Part shown: positions 18,222 through 28,579 of the stretch, piece by piece
How the letters are laid out: each line of letters opens with the position of its first letter
How positions within the stretch are numbered: the stretch's first letter is position 1
Source: an uncultured Pseudomonadota bacterium
GTDB taxonomy: Bacteria > Pseudomonadota > Gammaproteobacteria > Steroidobacterales > Steroidobacteraceae
NCBI GenBank assembly: GCA_963806375.1
Contig: CAWDXW010000002.1
Location: 478,027-542,026, forward strand
Direction of reading: 5' to 3'
Length of the DNA stretch: 64,000 bases
The notes under the pieces: generated by a model
Told to the model about the DNA's origin: nothing
Database searches by the model: none
The model's input: the letters and a program-made list of their open reading frames with translations, nothing else
Translations under genes and position numbers: made by a program

Positions 18222-19883
18222 GTGACCGGGGAGTCATTCGATTACGTCATCGTCGGAGCGGGGTCCGCGGGCTGCGTGCTCGCCGCACGCCTGACCGAGG
18301 ACGGCAAGCACAGCGTCCTGCTGCTCGAGTACGGCGGCTCGGACCGCTCCCTGTGGATCCAGATGCCGACCGCGCTTTCGATCCCCATGAACATGGAGCG
18401 CTATGACTGGCGCTACTACACCGAGCCGGAGCCGCAGCTGAACAATCGTCGCCTGCACACCCCGCGCGGCAAGGTGCTCGGCGGCTCCTCCTCGATCAAC
18501 GGCCTCGTGTATGTGCGTGGCAATGCGCTCGATTTCGAGCACTGGGAGTCCCTCGGTGCCCGCGGCTGGGGGTACCGCGACGTGTTGCCCTACTTCAGGC
18601 GCGCCGAAGGACGTGCGGAAGGCGCCGATGACTATCGCGGCGGGGACGGGCCGCTCGCCACGCGCCGTGGCTTGCTGACCAACCCCTTGCACGCCGCCTG
18701 GCTGGAGGCCGGGCGGCAGGCCGGCTACTCGCTGACCGAGGACATGAACGGCTACCAGCAGGAGGGCTTCGGGCGCATGGATATGACGGTCGGCGCGGGC
18801 CGGCGCTGCAGTGCGGCCAACGCCTATCTGCGCCCGGCGCTGCACCGCCCCAATCTGGAGGTGCGCACGCACGCGCTGGCCACGCGCATCCTGTTCGAGG
18901 GCCGGCGCGCGGTTGGCGTGCGCTACCGGCGTGACAACCTGCGCCACGAGGTGCGGGCGCGCCGCGAAGTGATCCTCTGCGGCGGCCCCATCAACTCGCC
19001 GCAGCTGCTGAAGCTCTCCGGCGTCGGGCCCGGCGAGGAGCTTGCCGACCTCGGCATTGACGTGGTGCACGATCTGGAGGGGGTCGGGGAGAACCTGCAG
19101 GACCACCTGGAGTTCTATTTCCAGGTGGCCTCGCGCGAACCAGTTACTCTTTATTCACAGATGTCCCTGTGGCGGCGCACCCTGATCGGCGGCCGCTGGC
19201 TCCTGACCCACGGGGGACTCGGCAGCAGCAACCATTTCGAGACCGGCGGCTTCATCCGCAGCCGCGCGGGCGTTGTCTATCCGGACATCCAGTTCCACTT
19301 CCTGCCGCTCGCGGTGAGCTACGACGGCTCCTCGCTCGCGCGCGAGCACGGCTACCAGGCGCACGTGGGGCCGATGCGCTCGCGCAGCACCGGCTGGGTG
19401 CGGTTGCGCTCGTCCGAGCCGCTCGACAAGCCGAAGATCTTCTTCAACTACATGTCGCGCGACGAGGACTGGGAGGAGATGCGCGCCTGCGTGCGCCTGA
19501 CACGTGAGATCTTCGGGCAGCACGCCTTTGATCGCTATCGCGGCAGGGAAATCCAGCCCGGCGAAGCAGTCGCCAGCGACGCCCAGATCGACGCCTTCAT
19601 CCGCGCCAAGGTGGAGAGCGCCTATCACCCGAGCTGCACCTGCCGCATGGGCGCGCCTGAGGATGCGCTCGCCGTAGTGGATCCGCAGGCGCGCGTGATC
19701 GGTCTTGAGGCGTTGCGCGTCGTGGATTCCTCCATCATGCCGGCAATCACGACCGGCAATCTCAATGCCCCGACCATCATGCTGGCCGAGAAGGCTGCCG
19801 ACCACATTCGGGGCCTCGCGCCACTGCCCCCCGCGAGCGTGCCGTTTTACACCGCCCCCGCCTGGCAGAGCACGCAGCGCTAG
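18222..19883 (+). CDS. betA: Choline dehydrogenase (GMC oxidoreductase)
   Basis: Start at in-frame GTG 18222, 26 nt after the betB stop. [34 protein letters not shown]...[14 protein letters not shown]...HPSCTCRMG. Confidence 0.9.
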   Translation: MTGESFDYVIVGAGSAGCVLAARLTEDGKHSVLLLEYGGSDRSLWIQMPTALSIPMNMERYDWRYYTEPEPQLNNRRLHTPRGKVLGGSSSINGLVYVRGNALDFEHWESLGARGWGYRDVLPYFRRAEGRAEGADDYRGGDGPLATRRGLLTNPLHAAWLEAGRQAGYSLTEDMNGYQQEGFGRMDMTVGAGRRCSAANAYLRPALHRPNLEVRTHALATRILFEGRRAVGVRYRRDNLRHEVRARREVILCGGPINSPQLLKLSGVGPGEELADLGIDVVHDLEGVGENLQDHLEFYFQVASREPVTLYSQMSLWRRTLIGGRWLLTHGGLGSSNHFETGGFIRSRAGVVYPDIQFHFLPLAVSYDGSSLAREHGYQAHVGPMRSRSTGWVRLRSSEPLDKPKIFFNYMSRDEDWEEMRACVRLTREIFGQHAFDRYRGREIQPGEAVASDAQIDAFIRAKVESAYHPSCTCRMGAPEDALAVVDPQARVIGLEALRVVDSSIMPAITTGNLNAPTIMLAEKAADHIRGLAPLPPASVPFYTAPAWQSTQR

Positions 19884-19892
19884 CCGGTCCGG

Positions 19893-21887
19893 CTAGGCGC
19901 GGTAGCCGGTGAGCGCATCGGCGAGGGCTGCGCGCAGCGGCCCCAGCCACCGTTCATAGTGGCGCCACTGATCCAGACCTTCGCGGAAGATGGGCTGGCG
20001 TACCTGCTCGGAACTGGCGGTGCGCACGCTGCGTTCGGTCTTGTGGAACTCGACACAGGCAGGCTCGAACTCCAGCCCGCAGTAATCAAGGATGCGCCGC
20101 ACGTTGCCCTCGAGGTCATTCACCAGATCCTCGTGCTGCACGCGCAGCACGCGTCCGGGCAGCACGGCGTCCCAATGCCGCATGAGCTCCAGGTAGGTGC
20201 GGTAGTAGCGGGCGATGTCCTCGAGGCTGTAGGAGAACTCCTGGCCGTGGGCGAACAGCTGCTTGAAGTTACTGAAGCAGCACGCCATTGGCTCGCGCCG
20301 TGCATCGATGATTTTCGCATGGGGCAGCATCAGGTGGATGAGCCCTATGTGCCGGAAGTTATTCGGCATCTTGTCGATGAACCGCGCCTTGCCACTGCGA
20401 TAGGCGCGGGTGTCATTCAGGTATTTTTCCCCCAGGCGCCGGAAGTCCTGCGCCTGCAACTGCGCCAGCACCCCCGGATAGCGCGGGTCCTCAAAGCTCC
20501 ACTCACGGCCCTGCAGTTCGACCACCATGCGGGGGATGTCCGCCAGCTCGTGGGTGCCTTCGACTGACGAGTGCGAGGCGAGGATCTGCTCGATCAGGGT
20601 CGAGCCGGAGCGGGGCAGGCCGACGATGAGGATCGGATCGGGGGCGGGCATCCCGCTATCCTTGTTCCGTTCGAACAGTTCGCGCTTACAGACTTCGATC
20701 TGCAGGCGCGTGTTGAGCTCGATGACCTCGGGGCGGTAGCCACTGTCGGCGCGCTTGAGCGCATTCCCCCGCGCGTAGTACGCAAAAGACTCCTCGTACT
20801 GCCCGCGGTCCTCGAGCGCCTTGCCCAGGGCGAAACACAGGTGGTAGCGGTCGATCCGCGAGCTGGATGCGGCCGCCTCGGCGGCACGCATCTGCGCCAG
20901 CTCTTCGTCTGCGAAGCGGTAAGTCTTGAGATTCGCAAGACTCCAGTAAGCGTCGCCGAACGCGGCGCGTGCCCCGGCCGCGTCGCGATAGGCCACGATC
21001 GCCTCTTCGCGCCGTCCGAGTGTCTTGAGCGAGTGCGCGATGGACAGGTGCAGCTCGGCCGGCTGCGCGGCGCCGGTCAAGAGCTCGCGGTACAGCGCCA
21101 TCGCCTGTTCGTGCCGCCCGAGTCCGACGCAGGTCATCGCCAGGAGGGTGCGGTAGTTGCGATCGGAAGGCTCGGCGGCGAGCAGCTTCTGCGCCTGCTC
21201 CTGTGCCGCCGCGTACATGTGCCGCTTCACCAGCACCTGTGCGTAGTCGAAGCGCGCTGCGTGATAATCCGGGGCCACAGCGAGCACCCCCTCGAGCAGC
21301 AGCTGCGCATCATCAAGCACGTCGCGCTCGATGCCGATCCGCGCGAGCAGCCGCATCGCCTCGATGTGGTGGCCGTGCTGGACCAGGAAGGCTCGCACGA
21401 GCTGCTCGGCCGCAGCCAGGTCACCGTCGAAGAACAGTGCCGTCGCCGTGACGACCTCGGGCGGCAGCCGTTTCAGCGTCGCGACGTGCGTGGCCGCCGT
21501 GGCCGCATCGGCGGCCTGCCCGGTCATGCGGTAGAGGCCCTCGAGCATGCTCCAGCTCGCCGGCAGGGCTGTGTTCATGTGCACGGCACGCAGGAAGGCC
21601 TCGATCGCCTCGGGCGCCTGCTTCAGCACGACGTAGCAATGGCCGCGCTCCTGGTACAGGCGGCTGAAGCGGGGGTGCAGTTGTTCCAGTGCGGTGAGCG
21701 TCGCTAGTGCGGCGGTGATGTCCCCGAGCTGCCGCTGTGCGATTGCCCGCAGGTACAGCACGTCGCGGTTTTCGGGCACGGTGGCCACAAGCGCCTGCGC
21801 CGCCGCGGCTGCTTCGGCGAAGCGGCGCTCCTGCACCAAGGCGCGGATGCGCCGTACCTCGAGTTCCACTGCGGAAGGTGATCGCAT
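19893..21887 (-). CDS. TPR-repeat protein with C-terminal sulfotransferase domain
   Basis: 664 aa. TPR-like N-terminal two thirds. PAPS-binding loop IVGLPRSGSTLIEQILASH and a sulfotransferase-like C-terminus. Confidence 0.8.
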   Translation of the reverse strand: MRSPSAVELEVRRIRALVQERRFAEAAAAAQALVATVPENRDVLYLRAIAQRQLGDITAALATLTALEQLHPRFSRLYQERGHCYVVLKQAPEAIEAFLRAVHMNTALPASWSMLEGLYRMTGQAADAATAATHVATLKRLPPEVVTATALFFDGDLAAAEQLVRAFLVQHGHHIEAMRLLARIGIERDVLDDAQLLLEGVLAVAPDYHAARFDYAQVLVKRHMYAAAQEQAQKLLAAEPSDRNYRTLLAMTCVGLGRHEQAMALYRELLTGAAQPAELHLSIAHSLKTLGRREEAIVAYRDAAGARAAFGDAYWSLANLKTYRFADEELAQMRAAEAAASSSRIDRYHLCFALGKALEDRGQYEESFAYYARGNALKRADSGYRPEVIELNTRLQIEVCKRELFERNKDSGMPAPDPILIVGLPRSGSTLIEQILASHSSVEGTHELADIPRMVVELQGREWSFEDPRYPGVLAQLQAQDFRRLGEKYLNDTRAYRSGKARFIDKMPNNFRHIGLIHLMLPHAKIIDARREPMACCFSNFKQLFAHGQEFSYSLEDIARYYRTYLELMRHWDAVLPGRVLRVQHEDLVNDLEGNVRRILDYCGLEFEPACVEFHKTERSVRTASSEQVRQPIFREGLDQWRHYERWLGPLRAALADALTGYRA

Positions 21888-22011
21888 GAGTCAGTCAGCC
21901 GCGGGCCGTGGGTTCCATGGACCGCAGTGTGCGGCGAATCAGACCCGCCATCCATGGCTCCTGGACCCGAGTCGGCTGAGGGGGGGCCTCAGGGCGGCCC
22001 CGGTTCAGTCC

Positions 22012-24675
22012 TCAGAAACTATAGCCAAAGGCCCCGCCGATGACCCGCGGCCGCAGCGGCGTCTGCGCAACGATGAACTGGTCGGTGCTGATGAAGGTGC
22101 TCTTGTTCGAGTTGCTGCAGTTCTCGCAGTAGAGGTTGAACCACCACGCGTCCTTGGCTACGCCCGTCGCTGCCTCGTAGGTCGAGTAGGCGGGATTCTC
22201 AAAGCGCAAACGGCCCGTCGTGATGGTTCCCGGCCCGAGCGCGGGGTTGGAGCCGGCCTGGGTGTAGGAGTGGTCGCTGTGCGTGGCGCCGAACTGCACG
22301 TAGGGCCGGTAGTTGGAGACGTTCCATTCGTAGCGGGCGCGCACCGCGAACTGCATCGGCGGCGAATTCGCGCTTGGCGAGCCAGACTGCCCGAACGGGT
22401 TCAGGTATGGGTTGCCGTTGACGCAGTTGGCCCCGAACGCGTTGCAGGCAGTCGTGATCGGCTGGCCGTAATTCGCGCTGTTGGGATTGTTGTTCAGCAA
22501 TATCGGCGAGTTCGTCTGCTCGCTCTGGTTCCACGCCACCCCACCCTGCAGGGTCAGTCCCGTCGTGACCCGTGCGACGAAGGAGGTCTCGATGCCCCTG
22601 ATGCGGAAGTCCTGGCCATTGGCGTTGAAAAAGATGTTGCCGACCACGCCCGGATCAAAGAACGCGACCTGGACGTCGTTCCAGTTCTCCTGGTAGATCG
22701 CCCCGTTCCACTGCAGGCGATGGTCGAACCATTCGGTCTTCCAGCCGACCTCGTTGTTGGTCAGCTTGTCGGAGGTGTACGACTTGGGAATCAGGTACTG
22801 GGCTTCCCCGCCGGGCGTGTAGGCATGCGCCGCGCCGCCATTCTGGTTGAAGCCACCGGGCCTGAAGCCTTGCGAGTAGGTGTAGTACAGCATGGCGTCC
22901 GGGGTGATATGCCACGTCAGGTTGCCGCGGCTCTTGAAGCCGGACTCCGAGTCGCTGAGATTCGCCGTGTTGAGGTTGTAAGAGTCACCGGCGTGGCAGC
23001 CGCTGGGCTGCAGCACCGCCTCGAAGCAGAGGAAACTGGAAAGCACGCTGCCAGCGGAGTAGTTGTTGAACTTGAAGTAGCGCGTACCGGCGGTGATGGT
23101 CAGGACCTTCGGAATCAGGTCGTAGTCGAAGGAGCCGAAGACCGCGGTCTGCTTGGTTTCACGCACCGTGTCCTGGTAGAAGGACGTGTTATCGCCCTGG
23201 ATCCCGGGATTCTGCACCGACGTGCCCGGAAACGTGCCCACGTTTGCGAAGCAGCCGCTCGTGAGCGTGGCGGTGCAGGATGGAATCGTTTTGTAGTCCC
23301 AGCCGGTCTGGTCGTACAGCACGTTCTTTTCCCAGAACGCGCCGACAATACCGCGGATGCGCCATTCATCCGGCGTGCTCAGGCGCAGCTCGTGCTGCTG
23401 GTGCTTGTTCTGCTCGTTGGAGCGCCAGTAGGCACTCGGCGAGAAGCAGGTCGCCTTGAGGGTGGGTGTATAGGCGCCAGGTCCGTAGCACTGGTAGTAA
23501 TCGGCATAGACGCCGCGCGAGTAATTCGTGTAGTCCCCCACCTGTTCGACCTTGCGTGTCAGGTAGCCCCCGGTATAAACCGCCTTCAGGTCGCCGAACT
23601 TGCCGTTCAGCGTCCAAGCGGTGCTCTCGAACTGATCCTTGTCCCATGAGGGGTTAAACAACGTGACCTGCAGCTTCTGCAGCGGTTGCCCGTCGGAGGC
23701 GTTCGGCTGCTGGTAGAAGACGCCATCGGCGTCCATGTTCTGATAGCTCTGACTGAGGAGTGCGTCCCAGTTCTCGCTGAATTTATAGAGCACTTCCAGG
23801 CGCGCTCCGCTGTAGGTGACCGGGTTGATGTTGTTGCCGACCACCGGGCCGTTGTTGATGACGGGGCTTCCGGGAGGCACCTGGCACGCCGGAGCCGGAG
23901 GTGTCCCGCAACCGCCCACCGGATAGGAGCCGTAGTGGATGCCTACGTCGGTGTCCTTGCGCGTAAAGGTGGCCGGGACGTTGTCGATGTAACCACCGCG
24001 ATGGTCGTTATAGATCACCCCGCGGGCCGCCATGGTGCCCTCGATCAGTGGCAGGTTCAGAACCGCCGTCAGATCGGAGTTCGGGTCGCCGCTTGCGGTC
24101 GTCCCATAACCGGCCTTCACGTTGCCCTCAGTCACGTCCAGTTTCGGGGCGTTGGTGATGTAGCGGATCACGCCCGCTTCAGCGCCGGCGCCGAACAGCG
24201 TACCCTGCGGACCCTCCAGGATCTCGATGCGATTTAGGTCCGCGGCATAGATGTCCAGATTGCGGTTCGGCAGCTGCCCGGACTGGTTATCCAGGTAGAT
24301 GGCCACGTTCGGCCACAGGCCCGTCGAGGCGCTGCCCTGGCTCGGCTGCGAGCCGGCGGACAGGCCGCGCATGAAGATCTCGTTCTGGCCGGGGCCGTTG
24401 TTGGCGGTCGTGACGTTGGGCAGGAACTTGATGTAGTCGTCGAAGGTCTGCACGTTCAGCTGCTGCAGGGTCTGGGCGGTGAAAGCCTGCATCGCGATCG
24501 GCACGTCCTGCATGTTCTCCGTGCGGCGCTGCGCGGTGACGGTGATCTCCTGCAGGGCCTCGGTGGGTGCGCTGGCCGCGGCATCGCTGGCGTCAGCGGG
24601 CGCTGCTGCCGCCGCCCCGGCGAACGTCGTGCCCCCCAGGATGGCCGCTACCGCAAATGAGATCTTCGAGTTCAT
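22012..24675 (-). CDS. TonB-dependent receptor
   Basis: 887 aa. Signal peptide; plug region ITVTAQRRTENMQDVPIAMQAF...IEILEGPQGTLFGAG; beta-barrel with terminal ...GGAFGYSF. Confidence 0.9.
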   Translation of the reverse strand: MNSKISFAVAAILGGTTFAGAAAAAPADASDAAASAPTEALQEITVTAQRRTENMQDVPIAMQAFTAQTLQQLNVQTFDDYIKFLPNVTTANNGPGQNEIFMRGLSAGSQPSQGSASTGLWPNVAIYLDNQSGQLPNRNLDIYAADLNRIEILEGPQGTLFGAGAEAGVIRYITNAPKLDVTEGNVKAGYGTTASGDPNSDLTAVLNLPLIEGTMAARGVIYNDHRGGYIDNVPATFTRKDTDVGIHYGSYPVGGCGTPPAPACQVPPGSPVINNGPVVGNNINPVTYSGARLEVLYKFSENWDALLSQSYQNMDADGVFYQQPNASDGQPLQKLQVTLFNPSWDKDQFESTAWTLNGKFGDLKAVYTGGYLTRKVEQVGDYTNYSRGVYADYYQCYGPGAYTPTLKATCFSPSAYWRSNEQNKHQQHELRLSTPDEWRIRGIVGAFWEKNVLYDQTGWDYKTIPSCTATLTSGCFANVGTFPGTSVQNPGIQGDNTSFYQDTVRETKQTAVFGSFDYDLIPKVLTITAGTRYFKFNNYSAGSVLSSFLCFEAVLQPSGCHAGDSYNLNTANLSDSESGFKSRGNLTWHITPDAMLYYTYSQGFRPGGFNQNGGAAHAYTPGGEAQYLIPKSYTSDKLTNNEVGWKTEWFDHRLQWNGAIYQENWNDVQVAFFDPGVVGNIFFNANGQDFRIRGIETSFVARVTTGLTLQGGVAWNQSEQTNSPILLNNNPNSANYGQPITTACNAFGANCVNGNPYLNPFGQSGSPSANSPPMQFAVRARYEWNVSNYRPYVQFGATHSDHSYTQAGSNPALGPGTITTGRLRFENPAYSTYEAATGVAKDAWWFNLYCENCSNSNKSTFISTDQFIVAQTPLRPRVIGGAFGYSF

Positions 24676-24820
24676 TGCTTGATTCCTTCAGGACTTGATG
24701 TGCGCCGCGCAGCGCCGGAGCGCCTCACGCGGGCTATGGTGCGGGAGTCATCGGGCACACTATTCATATCATCTCCCGACTCAGCCGCCATGCGGCGTCG
24801 CGGTGCCGGGGCCCGCAACG

Positions 24821-25825
24821 TCACTCGAATACCCGTGCGCGCGCCGCATCCCCATAGGCCGTGCGCTGCGGCTGCAGGCGGCGCGTGGAGGGCGAAAGCC
24901 CGTAGGCGTCCTTGAACTGCCGCGAAAAATGCGCACAGTCGGCAAAGCCGGCCTCGTTGGCAATGTCGGTGACCGAGCGGTCGGTGTTCTCGATGAGCCA
25001 GTTGGCGTAGCGCATGCGCAGCTGGCGATACAGCGACGCGGGTCCCATGCCCACGTGCTGGCGGCACAGCCGCTCGAGCTGCCGTGCCGAAAGGCCGAGC
25101 TCCGCGGCCACGGCCGCGACCGCAATCGGGCGGGCGAGATTCTGCTCCATGAGCAGCAGCGCGCGGCGCACGCGCGGCTCCCGGACGGTCTCCGACAGCG
25201 GCGGATGTGGCTGTGCGTCACTCCCCGAGCGCGGGCGATCGAAGAGCAGCACCTGGCTTGCCTTCTGGGCCACGGCGCGCCCCAGATGCTGCTCGATCAG
25301 AAAGGTCGCGAGAGCCGCGGCGCCCGCGCCGCCGGCGCAGGTGATGCGCGGCCCGTCCACGAGGAACAGGCGATCCGCAATGACTTCCTGCCCGGGGAAG
25401 GCCTCGAGAAAGTCCTGATAGTGATACCAGCTCACGCAGGAGCGGCGGCCCTTCATGAGGCCGCTGCGACACAGCACGAAGCTGCCCGTGCAGATGCCGA
25501 TGAGCGGTACGGCCGTTGTGCCGACCTCGCGCAGGTAGCGCGCGGTGGCTTCATCGACCTGGGGGCCGGCGTGCAGCAGGCCGCCAATGACGACGACGTA
25601 GTCCAGCAGGTCGGTGGAGAGCAGCGGACTCGTGGGCTGGATCAGCACACCGCAGCTTGCCGGTACCGCATCGGGCCGACTGGCCATGATGGACCACTGC
25701 ACGTGCAGGGGGCGGCTGCGGTCACCTTCGTCGGCCGCGAGCCGCAGATGATCAATGAAGACCGCGAACGCCGACAGGGTGAATTGGTGTGCGAGGATGA
25801 CGCCGACGCGAAGCGGAGGTCGCAT
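24821..25825 (-). CDS. GlxA-family AraC-type transcriptional regulator (second paralog)
   Basis: Start at ATG 25825 (MRPPLRVGVILAHQFTLSAFAVFIDHLRLA). C-terminal HTH LGLSARQLERLCRQHVG...GFADCAHFSRQFKDAYG. Confidence 0.8.
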   Translation of the reverse strand: MRPPLRVGVILAHQFTLSAFAVFIDHLRLAADEGDRSRPLHVQWSIMASRPDAVPASCGVLIQPTSPLLSTDLLDYVVVIGGLLHAGPQVDEATARYLREVGTTAVPLIGICTGSFVLCRSGLMKGRRSCVSWYHYQDFLEAFPGQEVIADRLFLVDGPRITCAGGAGAAALATFLIEQHLGRAVAQKASQVLLFDRPRSGSDAQPHPPLSETVREPRVRRALLLMEQNLARPIAVAAVAAELGLSARQLERLCRQHVGMGPASLYRQLRMRYANWLIENTDRSVTDIANEAGFADCAHFSRQFKDAYGLSPSTRRLQPQRTAYGDAARARVFE

Positions 25826-26109
25826 ACTGCGCTCCGTTGCAGCCGATCTTGCCGTCGTGCTTGAGTGAGGCATTGAACGCGCAGTCAATGTCTTACGATT
25901 TCTCCCCCTTCGCTATATTCCATTAACGTTCTGTAGGACGCAAGAACCAATCGAGTAGTGAGAGAAGTACAACAATAACAAGTGGCTGTACGTGCAGCGG
26001 CGTGCGCTGCGCCAGGCAGGCAGCATTGAATGGTCATTCAGGATGAGGACTTCGGGCGCGCAGGCACAGAAAACGACCTGACGAATCAGGCCGCCATAAG
26101 GCGCGCCGG

Positions 26110-26634
26110 TTATCGCAGGACCGCGAGTCGCGCCAGATTCGTCTGGACCGTGGGGTCATGGCAGCCGCTGTGGGCATACCAGCGGCGTGCCGCACCGACC
26201 AGGGCACGGCCGGTCTCATCGGAGGCGGCCTCCGTGGGGTCAAGCCCCTCATCGGCCCGTGGCAGATAGCCGCGCGGCGGTGTGCGCACGTGGCGCCGCA
26301 GCTGCAGACGGCGCAGCGCCGAGGTCGGCACCTGCGTCGGCGCGTCCAGGACACGGCTGGGACCAGCAGGCGTAGCTTCCGCTTTGAGGGACGGGGCCCG
26401 CTGCGCCTCCAGCCACTGCTGGCACCAGACTCCTAGGGCCTCGCCCGAGCAGCGCAACTGCGGATCACTCAAAGCGACGGCAATGCGCGGCAGCTCGCAG
26501 GCCTCACGCAGCGCGGCGTCCCAACGCTGCTCCTCGAGGAGCTGTTCGATGTCGGTCAGGTACCCGGTGAGCATCCGCGAGCTGGACGGCGGTATGGCGG
26601 CCGACGTATCGCCTTGGAAAGACTGTGGGCTCAT
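26110..26634 (-). CDS. Hypothetical protein
   Basis: 174-aa ORF starting 4 nt after the stop of the upstream basic-protein gene (likely co-transcribed). No family recognised. Confidence 0.5.
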   Translation of the reverse strand: MSPQSFQGDTSAAIPPSSSRMLTGYLTDIEQLLEEQRWDAALREACELPRIAVALSDPQLRCSGEALGVWCQQWLEAQRAPSLKAEATPAGPSRVLDAPTQVPTSALRRLQLRRHVRTPPRGYLPRADEGLDPTEAASDETGRALVGAARRWYAHSGCHDPTVQTNLARLAVLR

Positions 26635-26638
26635 GGGC

Positions 26639-27187
26639 TTACAGTTTGTCCTCCGATTTTAGCGGGGCCGGACGGCTGCTCGCATCACCCGTGACGGCGC
26701 CCACCGGGCTGCCGGCGATCACGATCGTAGGCTCCGGGGCCTGGACCTGGACGGCTGGCTTTGGCGGGCGGCGAACTCTGACGGCGGGAGCGCGCTTTTG
26801 GGTTCGGCTGCGCGCTCGGGCACGAGTTCCCGTGGCGCGGACGCTTTTCGCAGGCCGCTTCACGGCAATCGTCTTCGTGCTTCTCTTGCGGCGCGCGGCC
26901 TGGACACGAGCTGGTGCTTTGCGGGCCTTCTTGGCTGCCGCCCTGGTCTTAGGCGACGGGGAAGGGCGGCCTTTATGATCACGACGGGCGCGCTTGAACG
27001 CCTTGCGGGCCGCTGCCGCGTGCTTGCGCGCGCGCCGGGCTTCGCGTTTGGCTTCCTTCAGCCGCTTGCGGGCGCGCTTGAGCTCGTCTTTCGCAATGCG
27101 GACACGCTGCTTGGCTACGTCCGCCTGCAGGCGGATGCGTTCAAAGGGTCCCGGCGGAGAGGCGGGTTCGCTGCCTGTCTTCTTCAT
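26639..27187 (-). CDS. Highly basic Lys/Arg/Ala/Pro-rich protein (histone H1-like low-complexity tail)
   Basis: 182 aa. KDELKRARKRLKEAKREARRARKHAAAARKAFKRARRDHKGRPSPSPKTRAAAKKARKAPARVQAARRKR... Confidence 0.55.
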   Translation of the reverse strand: MKKTGSEPASPPGPFERIRLQADVAKQRVRIAKDELKRARKRLKEAKREARRARKHAAAARKAFKRARRDHKGRPSPSPKTRAAAKKARKAPARVQAARRKRSTKTIAVKRPAKSVRATGTRARARSRTQKRAPAVRVRRPPKPAVQVQAPEPTIVIAGSPVGAVTGDASSRPAPLKSEDKL

Positions 27188-27372
27188 GTGCGGCTCGGCG
27201 AATCGGTAGGAACCAAAGTTTCACACAAGAAGCTGCGCCTTACCACCGCGTCGAAGTTATCCACAGAATTTGTGCATAACTATGTGGACAGAGCGGTTCG
27301 CAGCACGCAAAGACCGAGCCTGAGCAAGAACTTGCGTTACGGTGTGCGTGTTTTCGCCACCGTGCGGTTTTC

Positions 27373-28407
27373 TTAGGCGACGCTGCCGAACATGGTCGCG
27401 GTCACGCGGTTGCGGCCGCCGTGTTTGCTGCGATAGAGGGCGACATCGGCGATCTTGAGCACCCGCTGCGCGAGCTGACGTTCGCCCGCGGGCACGCGAT
27501 CGAGGCCGCACAGACCGAAGCTTGCGGTCACCTCGACGTTCTTGCGATCGTAGACAAACGGCGTCTTCGCCACTGCGAGACGCAGTTTGCGCGCCACTTC
27601 CAGCGCGTGCTCATAGGTCGTCTCGGGCAACACGATGGCGAATTCCTCGCCGCCGATGCGTGCCACCCAGTCGATCCCGCGACGCAGGTTCTGCTGCAGA
27701 CGCGACCCGAACTGGCGCAGGATCTGGTCCCCGCCGGCATGCCCGAGCGTGTCGTTGAGCTTCTTGAAGAAATCGATGTCGCACAGCACGAGCGACAATC
27801 CGCGCCCATACCGGGCGGCACGCTCCATTTCACGCGGAAAGTGCTTACTGAAGAAACGCCGGCTGGCAACCCGGGTCAAATCGTCGGTCGCCGAGAGCTT
27901 GCGATTCTCCGCCAGGGTGATCCGCAGAACGGTCTCAAGTTCCGCGATGCGGCGCGCACTGGCGATACGCGCATCGATTTCGCGCTCGGTGGCGCGTCGA
28001 GCGACACAGTCATCGGCGCCCGCTAACAGACCCGCCTCGCGCTCGGCACTCTCATCCAGCTCGGCAATGTAGACAATAAAGGGCGTGCGATCGCCCGCGC
28101 GGGCACGTAATCGCCGCACGGCATCGAGCGAGTCCGTCACGATCACCGGGCGAAATTCCTGCTCGAAGCGACGCAGTGCCTCGGTTTCATCCGCGACCGA
28201 GGCAAAATCAAGCACGTCTGGAGTGATCCGGCGTTCCAGCTGCTGCCGCAGGACCGGGTCCAGGATGACCAGTAGCGCCTTCGGTGGAGGCACGACACGC
28301 AGCATCACGGCGATGCTGGCGGTGGTCTCCTCGGTGTTCGCCGGCGGCCGTTCGGCCCGCCGCTCCAGAATCCTCTGGATGACGGTAGTCTGCCCCCCCG
28401 CTGCCAA
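27373..28407 (-). CDS. Diguanylate cyclase with N-terminal receiver-like domain (REC-GGDEF)
   Basis: GGEEF active site (RIGGEEFAIVLP), DIDFFKKLNDTLGHAGGD. TTG start at 28407 preceded by AGGAGA at 5-nt spacing. REC-like ALLVILD...PVIVTD. Confidence 0.85.
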   Translation of the reverse strand: MAAGGQTTVIQRILERRAERPPANTEETTASIAVMLRVVPPPKALLVILDPVLRQQLERRITPDVLDFASVADETEALRRFEQEFRPVIVTDSLDAVRRLRARAGDRTPFIVYIAELDESAEREAGLLAGADDCVARRATEREIDARIASARRIAELETVLRITLAENRKLSATDDLTRVASRRFFSKHFPREMERAARYGRGLSLVLCDIDFFKKLNDTLGHAGGDQILRQFGSRLQQNLRRGIDWVARIGGEEFAIVLPETTYEHALEVARKLRLAVAKTPFVYDRKNVEVTASFGLCGLDRVPAGERQLAQRVLKIADVALYRSKHGGRNRVTATMFGSVA

Positions 28408-28579
28408 TGCTGTCTCCTAACCGGGCCCGTAGCCGCCACGGGCGTGGTCACAGATTACCTACCCGGCGCGCAAATTGCGCGCGCGCCGCTCAGGGACGGG
28501 TGGTGGCCGTTCATCTCGTAACACAGCGTTACCAGCGAGCTCCGCGGACGAGCAGAATCACTAGTATCATGAGGGCCTT

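Noticed and set aside
21694-23649. 651-aa plus-strand ORF spanning the sulfotransferase/TonB-receptor junction
   Set aside because: Runs antisense across two well-supported minus-strand genes and their intergenic region. No recognisable motifs.
27257-27290. DnaA boxes as a replication origin
   Set aside because: Only one perfect and one imperfect box. No AT-rich unwinding element or box cluster, and no dnaA/dnaN/gidA context. At most a regulatory site (see findings).
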